Positions 18,439-28,681 of a stretch of DNA of 48,689 nt are shown here, in pieces. Numbering within the stretch: the first letter of the stretch is position 1; the number at the start of each line of letters is the position of its first letter. The stretch covers positions 1 to 48,689 of the forward strand of contig DAHVNA010000015.1 in assembly GCA_027319565.1 (NCBI GenBank), read 5' to 3'. The position numbers were made by a program, and so were the translations under genes. The notes beneath the pieces are model-generated. The model saw nothing but the letters and a program-made list of their open reading frames with translations. It was not told the origin of the DNA and searched no databases. This DNA is from Elusimicrobiota bacterium. GTDB taxonomy: Bacteria; Elusimicrobiota; Elusimicrobia; UBA1565; UBA9628.

Positions 18439-20085
18439 CTAACGCAGAGACGGCGGCGGCAAAATCGGTGGCTTGACTGGCGCTTCTTTGGAACGCTGAA
18501 GCTCCACTTGAGACAAGAGGAGGCTTGGCGACACCACTGAAACAGGAACCCACCCGAGCAGATGATTGGTCGCCGTCATGTCGGCGCCTTCGCCCAAAAC
18601 ATGATTTAAAAACCCAAGAGGGGTCCCCACTAAATCCAAACCGCGCACCAAGGTTAATTTGCCGGTTTTAGCATTGACCAGATAGACCAACTCCGGCATA
18701 ATCCGCAATGATTCCTCTCCCGAAGCGCTATTTTCTTGCGTAAAGGCCCTCATCTGGCGAATCCAAAGCCCGTAAGGCTTTCCTTCTTTTTTCAACTCCT
18801 TGCGCAATATTTTCATCAACTGAACCTGTGAATAGCGATGTTTGGCTTCTAAAAAGAGATTGCTCGGCATCGCGCGAGGGTAAGAGCCCGCATCGCCTCT
18901 GGCATGTCCGTTAGAATTCGGAAAACCTATCACCGGATAGCGCGACAAAAGGAAATTTTTGAAGCGCCCCTTATCCACCAACAAAACCTTCCGCGCTTTG
19001 ACCCCTTCCGCATCATATGAATAAAAACCAACCAAGGGCGTTTTATTAAAGAATTTTCTCGAAGGATCGTCAATTAAAGTGAGATCTCTGGAAAAAACAA
19101 TTTTGCCGACTTTTCCTCTAAATATCTGCGCGCCAGAAGGGTTGCGCTCGGCTTCTCCGGAAAAATTAAGCCCTAAAGACAAAACAATGGCGGAAGTGAC
19201 CGAAGGGTCAATTAAGGCCGGCGCGTTAAAAGGCGATGTGGAAGAAGAAAGAAGAAGAGAATCCATTTCTGAAATCATCTGTTGCGCCTGTGATTTAACG
19301 AGGGGCTCGGACTCTAAAGCGGCGCTTGACAAGGAGACAAAATTACGCGCGACATAGAGCTTCATCCCGTCTTTTGAAATCGCCGCGATATTCAATTGAG
19401 TATGAAAAACATCCAGAAATGAATGGATCCGAGTTCCCTCCGAATTATAGAAGCGCGAGAGAGTTCGCCGGCGTTCGATAGACACATTCCCTTGAATTAA
19501 AGAGGGCTTTTGAGTAAAAACCGCGCTGAGATTTCGGCAAAGCTCTCTCATTTGTCGATAAGAAACGGCTCCCTTTGTCAGCGGAGGAAAGGCCGGCGTA
19601 AAAACGACGGGGGTTTCATGCGATAAATCGTCGGTGTCGTATTCCCTTTTCCCATCCCTGACCCGTCGAGCTTCTTTCTGCAAAAACCCGGCCGAAGCGG
19701 ATTTGTAAGAATCATCAAGCCCCAACCAAAGATCGTGCTTTAACGCGAAGGAATTATCATCTAGAGATATCCACGAACCGAGAATTCCAAGAGGACTGGG
19801 ATTTCGGTGATTATCCAAAGCATAACTGCCCACGCGAAGATCGGGAAAAAGAGAGCGCCCGCGCCAATGCTCCGCCCAGTTAAGCGCTCCCATGTCGCAT
19901 TCAGAATCCCAATTGTCCACATCCGAGACATTGATGGAAATAAAATAGGGAAGCGGATATCCTGGCTCCTGCAAATGGGTCATCGCCTTGGCGATTTCAG
20001 AGGAAACCACGACGCCAACCATGGAGGTCTGAGCGAAAACACGAGCAGGAAAAATCAAAAGCGCAATCCAGAATAATTTTCTCAT
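18439..20085 (-). CDS. Exported TldE/PmbA-like non-catalytic partner of TldD
   Basis: Signal-peptide-like MRKLFWIALLIFPARVFAQ; DDP...YDAEGV, SNGHAR, MPSNL motifs; no HExxxH. Start reassigned to ATG 20085 (ATGA overlap); ORF-track start 20379 lies inside the upstream gene. Confidence 0.82.
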   Translation of the reverse strand: MRKLFWIALLIFPARVFAQTSMVGVVVSSEIAKAMTHLQEPGYPLPYFISINVSDVDNWDSECDMGALNWAEHWRGRSLFPDLRVGSYALDNHRNPSPLGILGSWISLDDNSFALKHDLWLGLDDSYKSASAGFLQKEARRVRDGKREYDTDDLSHETPVVFTPAFPPLTKGAVSYRQMRELCRNLSAVFTQKPSLIQGNVSIERRRTLSRFYNSEGTRIHSFLDVFHTQLNIAAISKDGMKLYVARNFVSLSSAALESEPLVKSQAQQMISEMDSLLLSSSTSPFNAPALIDPSVTSAIVLSLGLNFSGEAERNPSGAQIFRGKVGKIVFSRDLTLIDDPSRKFFNKTPLVGFYSYDAEGVKARKVLLVDKGRFKNFLLSRYPVIGFPNSNGHARGDAGSYPRAMPSNLFLEAKHRYSQVQLMKILRKELKKEGKPYGLWIRQMRAFTQENSASGEESLRIMPELVYLVNAKTGKLTLVRGLDLVGTPLGFLNHVLGEGADMTATNHLLGWVPVSVVSPSLLLSQVELQRSKEAPVKPPILPPPSLR

Positions 20086-21353
20086 GATTCTTTCCTTTGA
20101 AGTAGGGCGTTTAAAGCGTAGGCGGCTTGAGGAATGACTCCCACCATCAAGGTCGTATGATAGCGCATCACCGCCCAATAAAGTCCGTAAACGATAGACA
20201 TGATAACCGGAAACAAAATTAAAAATCCAATAGGATAATGATCCCGCCAGGCCAAGACCGTTCCCCAAAGTCCCAAAATCATAATTGCACCGCCTGAAAA
20301 AAGCCCAATGAAAGAAAGAGATGAAAGCCGGAAAAATGAGTGCGGATATTTCCATCCAGGATTCGGGTAGGGCCGCCACAGTTTAACAATCTTATGAAAG
20401 AAAGCGCCAAAGAAAACCAGTGGATGACGGATAAGAATCTGAAAACAAGCGCGATAGAAAATCGGCTCGGCTTGGGACAATGTCAAATGTTGAGCATCAA
20501 CCGATAAGATGACCGGGTCTTTCCCAGCCCCTAGCGGCGCTTCCAGCGGTATCTCTGGATGCGAATACTGATAAAGGAGAGACAAATACATCACAGATCC
20601 GCCCATGCTCGCTCCCGCAACCCATCTCTTCAGTATTCGCTCATTTCGGTATATCCAGATGCCTTCTAAAATAAAAGCGCATAGAAGAAAAATCCCAATC
20701 GTGCGGGCCCAATATTTAAGTTCGATTTTTGAAGCGGCCAGTATCGCAAAAGCGCCCCCCATTGGAATAAAAGGAGATCGCGTCAGACAAAGAAGACCAA
20801 AAGCAATTCCCATCCCGGCATAAGCCAATGAGCTTTTTAGATCCGCGTATTTTTGCCACAAGAAAATCCAAATCAAACTTAAAAAGATAATTAAAGGCTC
20901 GCGAAACATAGTCGCGGAAAAATAAATCCATTCCGGAAAAAAAACCGCAAGGATAAGCGCATAAAGGGCCACCCGCTCGTTTTGAAAAACAAAAAGGGTA
21001 ACCCCATACATCATCCAACACACTAAAACCCCGATTAAAACATTCAGCGCAATTCCCACAATGGGCGAAAGCCCAAAAAAGAAATGAACTGCCGCCAATA
21101 AAATAGGGTAAAAAGGCTCGCGGGAAGTTTCAAGATGACCCGGCCTCAGGGAAAGCTCCCCCCGCTCAAGCAAAGCAATCCCCAGGCGATTATAACCATC
21201 CGGATCGAGAGCCGTTACCTGCTGGCTTTCGGTCTTATATTCCTCAAACGTATGAGTGTAAGCATAAAAAGCGTAGGAGCTTCTCAAGATGAGGGCAATA
21301 AGAAGAAAGAAAGCGATCTTGATAGGGTTTGAAGCTATCGTTTTCTCGCGCAT
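20082..21353 (-). CDS. GT-C-fold membrane glycosyltransferase (ArnT-like)
   Basis: ALILR, LDPDGY, REPFYP, FREPL, LTRS, WIYRN, MRYH; resembles the 11680-12939 product. Confidence 0.8.
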   Translation of the reverse strand: MREKTIASNPIKIAFFLLIALILRSSYAFYAYTHTFEEYKTESQQVTALDPDGYNRLGIALLERGELSLRPGHLETSREPFYPILLAAVHFFFGLSPIVGIALNVLIGVLVCWMMYGVTLFVFQNERVALYALILAVFFPEWIYFSATMFREPLIIFLSLIWIFLWQKYADLKSSLAYAGMGIAFGLLCLTRSPFIPMGGAFAILAASKIELKYWARTIGIFLLCAFILEGIWIYRNERILKRWVAGASMGGSVMYLSLLYQYSHPEIPLEAPLGAGKDPVILSVDAQHLTLSQAEPIFYRACFQILIRHPLVFFGAFFHKIVKLWRPYPNPGWKYPHSFFRLSSLSFIGLFSGGAIMILGLWGTVLAWRDHYPIGFLILFPVIMSIVYGLYWAVMRYHTTLMVGVIPQAAYALNALLQRKES

Positions 21354-22255
21354 ATTTCCATGGAGTCTCGCGTATCGATATAAACCAACTTGTTTTCAAG
21401 GCCTAAAACCTTGATGAGGCCGCCCGCAGTTAAAAAGACCGATTTAGGATAATTTTTAAGGCGGCTGAGCCAATAAGAGTAGGTAAAAATGCGGCCAAAG
21501 GATTTAATCGTCAATATCTCAAAACCGCTTTCAATGAGCATCCGCATCATTGTTTGTCTTGAAAAATAATAAATATGGGCGGGGCGAAGCCCCCACCAAT
21601 AGCCGCGCATAATCTTGGCGGAGAGGCTTCCAATATCGGGAGTCAAAAGATAGAGAATTCCCCCCGGCTTTAAAAATCTGCGGCTTGAAAGAAGCGCCGC
21701 TTTCGGATCCAAAAGGTGTTCAATGACATCCGACATGGCAATGACATCAAAATTTCTCCCTTCGATGCTCTTGGGGTTTTCTATCGACTCGGGATAACAT
21801 TCAATCTTAAATCTTCTCTTAGCCTCCTCGGTCGCCCAATGAGAAGGCTCAAGACCAGTCACCTCAAAATCCGTTCGGGCCGCGTTAAGAAAATAACCGA
21901 CAGAAGAGCCGACTTCAAGCAAACTGCCAGAGGAAATAAAACGTTTAATGGTATTGAGACTAAGATGCGCATTGATTGAACGGCTTGAACTTTCCAAAAG
22001 GTAACTCTCATCGACGCAGTTTCCATAACCGGACAGAATAAGCGAAGCGGCAGGGCGAGGATTGGTATAGCGCAAACCGCATTTTAAGCAATAGACAATG
22101 CGGCCATAGTTTCGAAACTCATCAGTGGTCGCGGCAAAAGCCCCTGACTCACCGTCATGAGGAGTTAGATAAGGCCGTTCGTAAAGAACAGCGCTTTCTT
22201 TAGATCCGCACAAGTTGCAAGGCGTTTCTTCTAAATTCAAGGAAGATGATTCCAT
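21335..22255 (-). CDS. Class I SAM-dependent methyltransferase with N-terminal Zn ribbon
   Basis: CNLC...CLKC, LLEVGSSVGYFL, DVIEHL.DP, LKPGG, HIYYFS. Confidence 0.88.
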   Translation of the reverse strand: MESSSLNLEETPCNLCGSKESAVLYERPYLTPHDGESGAFAATTDEFRNYGRIVYCLKCGLRYTNPRPAASLILSGYGNCVDESYLLESSSRSINAHLSLNTIKRFISSGSLLEVGSSVGYFLNAARTDFEVTGLEPSHWATEEAKRRFKIECYPESIENPKSIEGRNFDVIAMSDVIEHLLDPKAALLSSRRFLKPGGILYLLTPDIGSLSAKIMRGYWWGLRPAHIYYFSRQTMMRMLIESGFEILTIKSFGRIFTYSYWLSRLKNYPKSVFLTAGGLIKVLGLENKLVYIDTRDSMEICARKR

Positions 22256-22256
22256 A

Positions 22257-23957
22257 TCAATTCTTCTTAGCCAGGGGAGAAGGCAAAATGGGGGGCCTTA
22301 AGCGATTTTCAGGGAGGCGTTCCAACTCCACTTCCGAGACTAAAACGCTGGGCGCGATTTGATCCACCGGCACCCAGCCTGATTCCGCTCCGCAAAAATA
22401 AGGATTAGAAAGAGTTTCATCATTTGACGCCGCTAAAATGCGGTTTAAAACAACCAAGGGAGTCACGACAATTTTAACGCCCCGGACCAAGGTCTCTTTG
22501 CCACTTTTGGCCGAAATACGATAAACAAGACGAGGCCGCAGCTGCAAGGTTTGAGCCTGGCTTCTGTCGCTCGGGTTATCCCCGCCGTAAGCGCCCACAA
22601 GAATAAAGCCGTAGGGTTTATCTTCCAAGCGAAGTAATTTCAACAATTTATTTTTAAGCGCGGCGGGAGTTAGGGGATTTTTCACTTCAATCATTAAATT
22701 GGCCATGCGTCCTAAGGGCCTGAGGTCAGAAGAAGCTCTCCCGTGACCGTTTGAGTGCGAAAAATCTTTAAGCGGCCAGCGCGACATGAGAAAATTCTTT
22801 AAAACGCCATTTCGGACCAAGACCACCCTCTGGGCCGGAACCCCTTCGTCGTCAATTTCATAGTGTCCATGAAGCGGCACCCCTTTAAAGAAACTCAAGG
22901 TCGGATCATCAATGACGGAAATAAAACTAGGAATAATTTTCTTTCCGACCATCCCCTTAAATATTTGACCCTGCTGAGGATCTCTTTGCCTTTCCCCCTC
23001 AAGCTTATGCCCCAGGGCTTCATGGAAAAGGACGCCCGTCATTTCCGGATCTAAAATGGCAGGAGCGGCAATAGGAGTCTGCAAAGGCGCGTCTCTCAAT
23101 TCTTTAAGCTCGCGCGCGAGATTTTGAATTGAAGGCGCCCAATCTTTCCTTGAAGGAACATCCTGCGTGTTTTTAAAGACCCATTCGCGGTAATCGCTGA
23201 CGCGCAAGCCATCCTTGGCCCTGGAGTTAATTTCGACGCTGAGAGAATCGGGCAAATTCCCATAGGGGGTCGCTATTTTTGTTCCTTCGCTCGTTAGCAA
23301 ATACCGGCGCGACCACCCCAAATGAAGAGTCACAACGCCATGATAGATATAAGGGTAGGCCCGCAATAAACGACTGATATCTTTAACTAAAGAGCGCGCC
23401 CAGGCGTCATTAAAATCAGGAGGGTTTTGTGGTTCATAGGCTTGCGTAGACGGATCCACGGTAAAATCGGGCAGATTCTCTTTTCTAAATTCCGTCACCC
23501 GCTTTGCTTTTTTCTCCAAATAGCTGGCAACCGCGTCTTTATAGGCCTTGTCCGTTAAAATCCACAAATTTTCTCGCAACTCCTTGCCCGTTTTAGGCGC
23601 TTGGGTGCTCCAACCCCGATATTGAATCGAGGTATTATCCAGGTCTTTACTGCCATAACGGACTTCGGCAAAAAGAGTTTGAGATTGATATTTATTCTCC
23701 GACAAAATGCCTCCAAATGAAGCGGAAATATAGATTCCGCGGCTTAAGATCATCCGATAAGCGATAAAATAAGGCGGGCCAAAATCCCCCTCTTTTAAAT
23801 CTTTAAGCGAACGCGACATCTCGCGTTCCATCGGAGAAAAAATAGCCTCTTCCGTCGCGGGAAAAGTCGCGGATTTAAGCGCGGAAGCTAAAAAAAATTC
23901 ACTAACGATCAAAAGCAAAAGAAGAAATTTATGTTTATTTCTTCTGAATGATCTCAT
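22257..23957 (-). CDS. tldD: Exported TldD-family Zn metalloprotease
   Basis: FHEALGHKLEGE (HExxxH), DDEGV, SNGHGR, RMANL, C-terminal FCGAESG Cys ligand; basic then hydrophobic N-terminus from ATG 23957. Confidence 0.85.
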   Translation of the reverse strand: MRSFRRNKHKFLLLLLIVSEFFLASALKSATFPATEEAIFSPMEREMSRSLKDLKEGDFGPPYFIAYRMILSRGIYISASFGGILSENKYQSQTLFAEVRYGSKDLDNTSIQYRGWSTQAPKTGKELRENLWILTDKAYKDAVASYLEKKAKRVTEFRKENLPDFTVDPSTQAYEPQNPPDFNDAWARSLVKDISRLLRAYPYIYHGVVTLHLGWSRRYLLTSEGTKIATPYGNLPDSLSVEINSRAKDGLRVSDYREWVFKNTQDVPSRKDWAPSIQNLARELKELRDAPLQTPIAAPAILDPEMTGVLFHEALGHKLEGERQRDPQQGQIFKGMVGKKIIPSFISVIDDPTLSFFKGVPLHGHYEIDDEGVPAQRVVLVRNGVLKNFLMSRWPLKDFSHSNGHGRASSDLRPLGRMANLMIEVKNPLTPAALKNKLLKLLRLEDKPYGFILVGAYGGDNPSDRSQAQTLQLRPRLVYRISAKSGKETLVRGVKIVVTPLVVLNRILAASNDETLSNPYFCGAESGWVPVDQIAPSVLVSEVELERLPENRLRPPILPSPLAKKN

Positions 23958-26496
23958 AGCCTGAAGCGGGAGAATTGGTTTCTGAAGGATTTTGGATGAG
24001 GGGCTTGCCTTTGGGATTTTTGAGTCTCTGCTCAACGGCGGCTATGTTATGTTGAGCTTGGGTGAAATTAGGGTCAAATTGAAGAGCTTGTTGATAGGCC
24101 TCTTTGGCGTGTTCAAAATCATTGAGCATAAAATAGGCGTTTCCAAGGCTGGTATAAACCTCGGCTCCTTCCGCATGCTTGTCCGGATCAGGATGGCGAT
24201 GAACCGGATAGGGAATTCCAGGAACATGGACATAGGTCTGATAACTCAATATCGTTTTGCGCAAAAAAGGCTTGACGATCAAAGAAGGGTCTACAGCGCA
24301 CTTATCAGCCAAAATATATTCTTGATAGGCTTTCACCGCATCCGCATAGCGGTGTTCCATCATGTAGACTTGCCCGATTCTCAAAAAATTAGGGCCAAAC
24401 ACTGGATCGATCGTTTTGTAGAGCTTAAAGCGAGTCAACGCGCGGTTAAAATACATCAGAGCGTCCTCGGGGTGGCCATGATCTATAGCCCACTGAGCGC
24501 GTTTGAGATGTAAAACCCCGACCTGATAATGCATCTGGACATAATTGGGAGAAAGCTTCCGCACCTCGTTATAAGCGTCTAACGCGCGTTCGTAATCATC
24601 CCGCGGCACATTATTTTTGTCTCCCCAAGACGGATTATAAGTTTTCTCCATGTTAAACCGGTCGTTAAAGACATTGCCCATAAAATACAACGCCATCGCG
24701 AAATTAGGATCGAGGCGATGCACCGTTTGGTATTCAGATAAAGCCTTGTCCCAATCGTGCTCTTTTGAAAAATAGATAGCGATATTGTGGTGAATATCGG
24801 CTTTAAAGTATCCCCAAAAAGTATAGAGAATCGGTAAAACCGATAGGACCAACGCCCCAATGAAAGGATTCTCGGACAGAAGAATAAGCCGGAAAAAAAT
24901 AAAACCTAATCCAAAAACGCAAGCCAACAAGGTGCCCCAAGACAGCCACCATTGAAGAATTTCCCCTCCCATCGTCAAACGATCAATAGGGCCTTGAAGA
25001 ACGCTAAATTGGGTTAAAATTAAAAAGGCAATATAAAAAAGCCCGCCCCACGCGGCGAGGCGAACAGGCCAAATTAGAAACTCAGAGAGAGTTTTCCAAA
25101 AAGACTCCGAAGAGTCCTCGGCCGGCTTCATGTTCTTTTCCTGAATTAGATGCGATTCATAAAGACCTTTCCCGCGGGAAAGATTGACAATCATTCCCGG
25201 CAAAAGGCCCAAGTAAACCCCGGAAGAGACAAAGCGCAGGCTGACATCGAAAAAATTATGACACAACATGCCGATAAAAGCGACCATGTAACCCAAAAGA
25301 TCGTAAACCCTAGGCGGAATTTTCTTGTCTTTTGAAGAATTCTCAAGCATCTGGCCCAAAGACTTAAAGCCGACCACCAAGGTGCTGATAATCAACCATA
25401 GAAATACCCCAAACCCCAAAATTCCATTGTCAAACATCTCTTCTAAATACTCGTCTTCCGCGTGATCGGTCTCGGTATTATGCTTGGCCTCGATATGGAA
25501 AATAGGAGGGCGCCGAAAAGCGGGATAAACCGGAGGAAAACTTCCGATGCCGGTCCCTATAAATGGTTGGGTCATGATCATTTCCCAAGTCGCCTCCCAG
25601 GTAAACAAGCGGAAATTGACGGAGGCCAAACGTGTCGTAAAGTCTTTGGTAAAAATATAAGAAAAAGGCAATAAGACCGCGACCGCGCCCCCAATCAAGT
25701 ATTTTCGATAAGGAAGGATAATCTCTTTAAAATAAATAAAGGCAATCACGCAAAAAACGACAATAACGATTCCAAAACCAACCCAGGCGCCCTTGGTCCC
25801 CGTGAAATAGAGATCGACTAAGAGCATCAGCATCAAGGGAATCAAGGACATTCGGCGTTGTTTGAGATAGCGCAACAATAAAATAGGAAAGATAATGACT
25901 AAAAAGTCGGCAAAAAAGTTGGGATTTCCATATGTCGAAAAAACCCGGTCGCCAAAGGCCATGCGCCAGATAAAGGGATCGATGCCATGCCCCACTCCGG
26001 GAGGAAAGAAATGGGTGTCAATCACCTGGAGAAAGCCGTAGCCGACCGCCACCCAAGCCGTCCAAATCAATATTTTCGTCAAACGTTCAGAAGCTTCGGC
26101 GTCAAACTCATAAATGACAATCAGAGCCACCGACATGAAGAAAAAATGCCGTATGAAAAAGTCTACGCTCGCCATCCGATAAGGCGCATGAATGAAAGAA
26201 AGAATGCCGACTAAAAGGTAAGCTAAAAACGGAGATAAGCAGACGAGATCCTCGCGGCTTAAAGCGGCTCCGCCCGCTTCAATTAAGCGGCTCAGCCACA
26301 AGGTTAAAAGCGCAAGTCCCCCCATCTGCATGATCGTAATCTTAACTTGAGCGGAATCGTAAGTCCGCAGATAAAAAAGGGAAGAAATTAAAAAGTAGAG
26401 AAGCGGAAGCCACCAAATGATAGTCTTGTGAAGAAAGGACTGAATTTCCAGAGACTTCTTGAGCGCGGCAACCTTGTCTTTAACTATAGCGGGCAT
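23935..26496 (-). CDS. O-antigen ligase/O-oligosaccharyltransferase-family membrane protein with C-terminal TPR repeats
   Basis: STYGNPNFFA, TGTKGAW, R.FTW, GTGIGSF, HAEDEYLE; TPR-like segments (DPNFAMA, LGNAY...YQQALQFDPN). ATG 26496 or TTG 26499 start. Confidence 0.85.
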   Translation of the reverse strand: MPAIVKDKVAALKKSLEIQSFLHKTIIWWLPLLYFLISSLFYLRTYDSAQVKITIMQMGGLALLTLWLSRLIEAGGAALSREDLVCLSPFLAYLLVGILSFIHAPYRMASVDFFIRHFFFMSVALIVIYEFDAEASERLTKILIWTAWVAVGYGFLQVIDTHFFPPGVGHGIDPFIWRMAFGDRVFSTYGNPNFFADFLVIIFPILLLRYLKQRRMSLIPLMLMLLVDLYFTGTKGAWVGFGIVIVVFCVIAFIYFKEIILPYRKYLIGGAVAVLLPFSYIFTKDFTTRLASVNFRLFTWEATWEMIMTQPFIGTGIGSFPPVYPAFRRPPIFHIEAKHNTETDHAEDEYLEEMFDNGILGFGVFLWLIISTLVVGFKSLGQMLENSSKDKKIPPRVYDLLGYMVAFIGMLCHNFFDVSLRFVSSGVYLGLLPGMIVNLSRGKGLYESHLIQEKNMKPAEDSSESFWKTLSEFLIWPVRLAAWGGLFYIAFLILTQFSVLQGPIDRLTMGGEILQWWLSWGTLLACVFGLGFIFFRLILLSENPFIGALVLSVLPILYTFWGYFKADIHHNIAIYFSKEHDWDKALSEYQTVHRLDPNFAMALYFMGNVFNDRFNMEKTYNPSWGDKNNVPRDDYERALDAYNEVRKLSPNYVQMHYQVGVLHLKRAQWAIDHGHPEDALMYFNRALTRFKLYKTIDPVFGPNFLRIGQVYMMEHRYADAVKAYQEYILADKCAVDPSLIVKPFLRKTILSYQTYVHVPGIPYPVHRHPDPDKHAEGAEVYTSLGNAYFMLNDFEHAKEAYQQALQFDPNFTQAQHNIAAVEQRLKNPKGKPLIQNPSETNSPASGYEIIQKK

Positions 26497-26548
26497 CAAG
26501 AAATCCTAGCAAAAAGGCAGGTAAATATCGTTAGATATCGTAGTTGCC

Positions 26549-27616
26549 ATGCAAAAAAAGAAAATATTAGTTACTGGTTCATCCGGCTTGATTGGTTCTG
26601 AAGTCTGCGTTTATTTTGGCAAACGCGGCTTTGAGGTGCACGGTCTTGACAACAATCAGCGCGCGGTTTTTTTCGGCCCCGCAGGCGACACGCGGTGGAA
26701 TCAAAAGAGATTGTCCACAACCATCTCCAGCTTTACCCATCACGAACTCGACATCCGCGACCGAGAAGGCGTGTTAAAGCTTGTCGCTGAAATTCGGCCG
26801 GAGGTGATTGTCCACACCGCGGCGCAGCCGTCTCATGACCGCGCCGCCGCCATACCCTTTGACGACTTTGATACCAACGCGGTCGGAACACTCAACATGC
26901 TGGAAGCGGCGCGCCGGGCTTGTCCCGAGTCGCCGTTCATCCACATGTCCACCAATAAGGTCTATGGCGATTTGCCCAACACAATCCAGCTTAAAGAGCT
27001 TAAAACCCGTTGGGATTATGACGACCCGCGCTATGAAAACGGAATTCCCGAAACTTTTTCAATCGATCAGTCGAAACATTCCCTTTTCGGAGCTTCCAAG
27101 GTCGCGGGAGACGTCATGGTGCAGGAATACGGCCGCTATTTTTCGATGCCGACCTGCTGCCTGCGCGGTGGATGTTTGACCGGGCCGAATCATTCGGGAG
27201 TCGAACTCCACGGGTTTTTAAGTTATCTCATCAAATGCAATCTTGAAGGCCGAGAGTACAAGGTCTATGGTTATAAAGGAAAACAGGTGCGAGACAATAT
27301 CCATTCCGAAGACGTCGCGGCCTTTATCCATGAATTTTCAAAGGCGCCGCGTTGTGGAGAAGTCTATAACCTCGGCGGCGGAAAGGGAAACGCCTGCTCT
27401 ATTTTAGAGGCCTTTGAAAAAGTGGAGGCCTTAAGCGGGCAGAAGCAGAAATACGTTTACCTGGATGAAAACCGCATCGGCGATCACATTTGTTATTACA
27501 GCGATTTAAGCAAGATGAAGCGCCACTATCCCAATTGGGATATCACGAAATCTTTAGATGACATTTTTAAAGAAATCGTGGCAGCGTGGAAAAAGCGCTT
27601 AACGGTATCCGCGTGA
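26549..27616 (+). CDS. NAD-dependent epimerase/dehydratase, CDP-paratose 2-epimerase (RfbE)-like, copy 1
   Basis: [39 protein letters not shown] in place of YxxxK. Confidence 0.88.
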   Translation: MQKKKILVTGSSGLIGSEVCVYFGKRGFEVHGLDNNQRAVFFGPAGDTRWNQKRLSTTISSFTHHELDIRDREGVLKLVAEIRPEVIVHTAAQPSHDRAAAIPFDDFDTNAVGTLNMLEAARRACPESPFIHMSTNKVYGDLPNTIQLKELKTRWDYDDPRYENGIPETFSIDQSKHSLFGASKVAGDVMVQEYGRYFSMPTCCLRGGCLTGPNHSGVELHGFLSYLIKCNLEGREYKVYGYKGKQVRDNIHSEDVAAFIHEFSKAPRCGEVYNLGGGKGNACSILEAFEKVEALSGQKQKYVYLDENRIGDHICYYSDLSKMKRHYPNWDITKSLDDIFKEIVAAWKKRLTVSA

Positions 27617-28677
27617 AGCTACTGATCACCGGCGCGTGCGGCTTTGTGGGAAGTTCTCTCATTAAAGCCTGGTCCGAAGCCGGAGTTCGGCATCAGATCA
27701 TTGGCCTCGATAATTTCATACGCCCGGGAAGCGAACAAAACCGCCAGACGCTCAGGAAATTAGGCGTTAAACTTTTCCACGGCGATATTCGCCTTGCCTC
27801 TGACTTTGAGACCTTGCCTGATGTCGACTGGGTCATTGACGCGGCGGCCAACCCCAGCGTTTTGGCGGGCATAGACGGAAAAACCAGCAGTCGCCAACTC
27901 ATTGAGCACAATTTAATGGGAACTCTCAACCTTCTTGAATTTTGCAAAGGAAAACAAGCGGGATTTATTTTGCCCAGCACAAGCCGGGTTTATTCCATAA
28001 CGGCTTTGTCAAATCTTCCGGTGAAAGAGAAAAACTTGGCGTTTGAGCTCAAAGAAAGCGCTTCCTTACCGCTAGGCGCAAGCGCCAAAGGCATTGATGA
28101 GTCTTTTTCAACCGCTCCGCCCTTGTCTTTATACGGGAGCAGTAAATTCTCATCAGAAGTCCTGGCCTTGGAATATTCCCAATCTTTCGGTTTTCCCGTG
28201 TGGATCAATCGCTGCGGGGTCATGTCCGGGGCGGGACAATTTGGACACGCCGAGCAGGGAATCTTTTCTTATTGGATTCACTCTTGGCTTGAAAAGCGGC
28301 CCTTGCGCTATATCGGCTTTGGCGGCAAGGGTTTTCAAGTTCGGGATTGCCTGCACCCAAGGGATTTAGCAACTCTTTTAGACAAGCAGATGAATTTCTC
28401 AAAACAGAAAGGCGCGCGCATTTTTAACGTCTCGGGCGGGGCATCCAACAGCCTGTCTTTAGCGCAATTGTCCGATTGGTGTCAAAAACGCTTTGGCAAA
28501 CATGAAATTGCCGCTGATGATCGTCCCCGGCCTTTCGATATTCCCTGGCTGGTTTTGGATTCATCCCTTGCTCAAAAAACCTGGAATTGGAAGCCGAGCC
28601 TTGGCATTAAAGAAATTTTAAATGAAATCGCGGATTTCGCCGAAAAAAACCCGCATTGGTCTCAAACCTGTCAATAG
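27613..28677 (+). CDS. NAD-dependent epimerase/dehydratase, RfbE-like, copy 2
   Basis: [33 protein letters not shown] start at 27613 overlapping the upstream TGA. Confidence 0.88.
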   Translation: MKLLITGACGFVGSSLIKAWSEAGVRHQIIGLDNFIRPGSEQNRQTLRKLGVKLFHGDIRLASDFETLPDVDWVIDAAANPSVLAGIDGKTSSRQLIEHNLMGTLNLLEFCKGKQAGFILPSTSRVYSITALSNLPVKEKNLAFELKESASLPLGASAKGIDESFSTAPPLSLYGSSKFSSEVLALEYSQSFGFPVWINRCGVMSGAGQFGHAEQGIFSYWIHSWLEKRPLRYIGFGGKGFQVRDCLHPRDLATLLDKQMNFSKQKGARIFNVSGGASNSLSLAQLSDWCQKRFGKHEIAADDRPRPFDIPWLVLDSSLAQKTWNWKPSLGIKEILNEIADFAEKNPHWSQTCQ

Positions 28678-28681
28678 GCCT

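Noticed and set aside
20086..20379. 98-aa N-terminal extension of the TldE-like ORF
   Set aside because: Lies inside the upstream GT-C gene; ATG 20085 gives an ATGA overlap and a signal peptide.
23920..23957. Twin-arginine (Tat) signal in TldD (SFRRNKHKF)
   Set aside because: Does not fit the S/T-R-R-x-F-L-K consensus; treated as Sec-like pending prediction.
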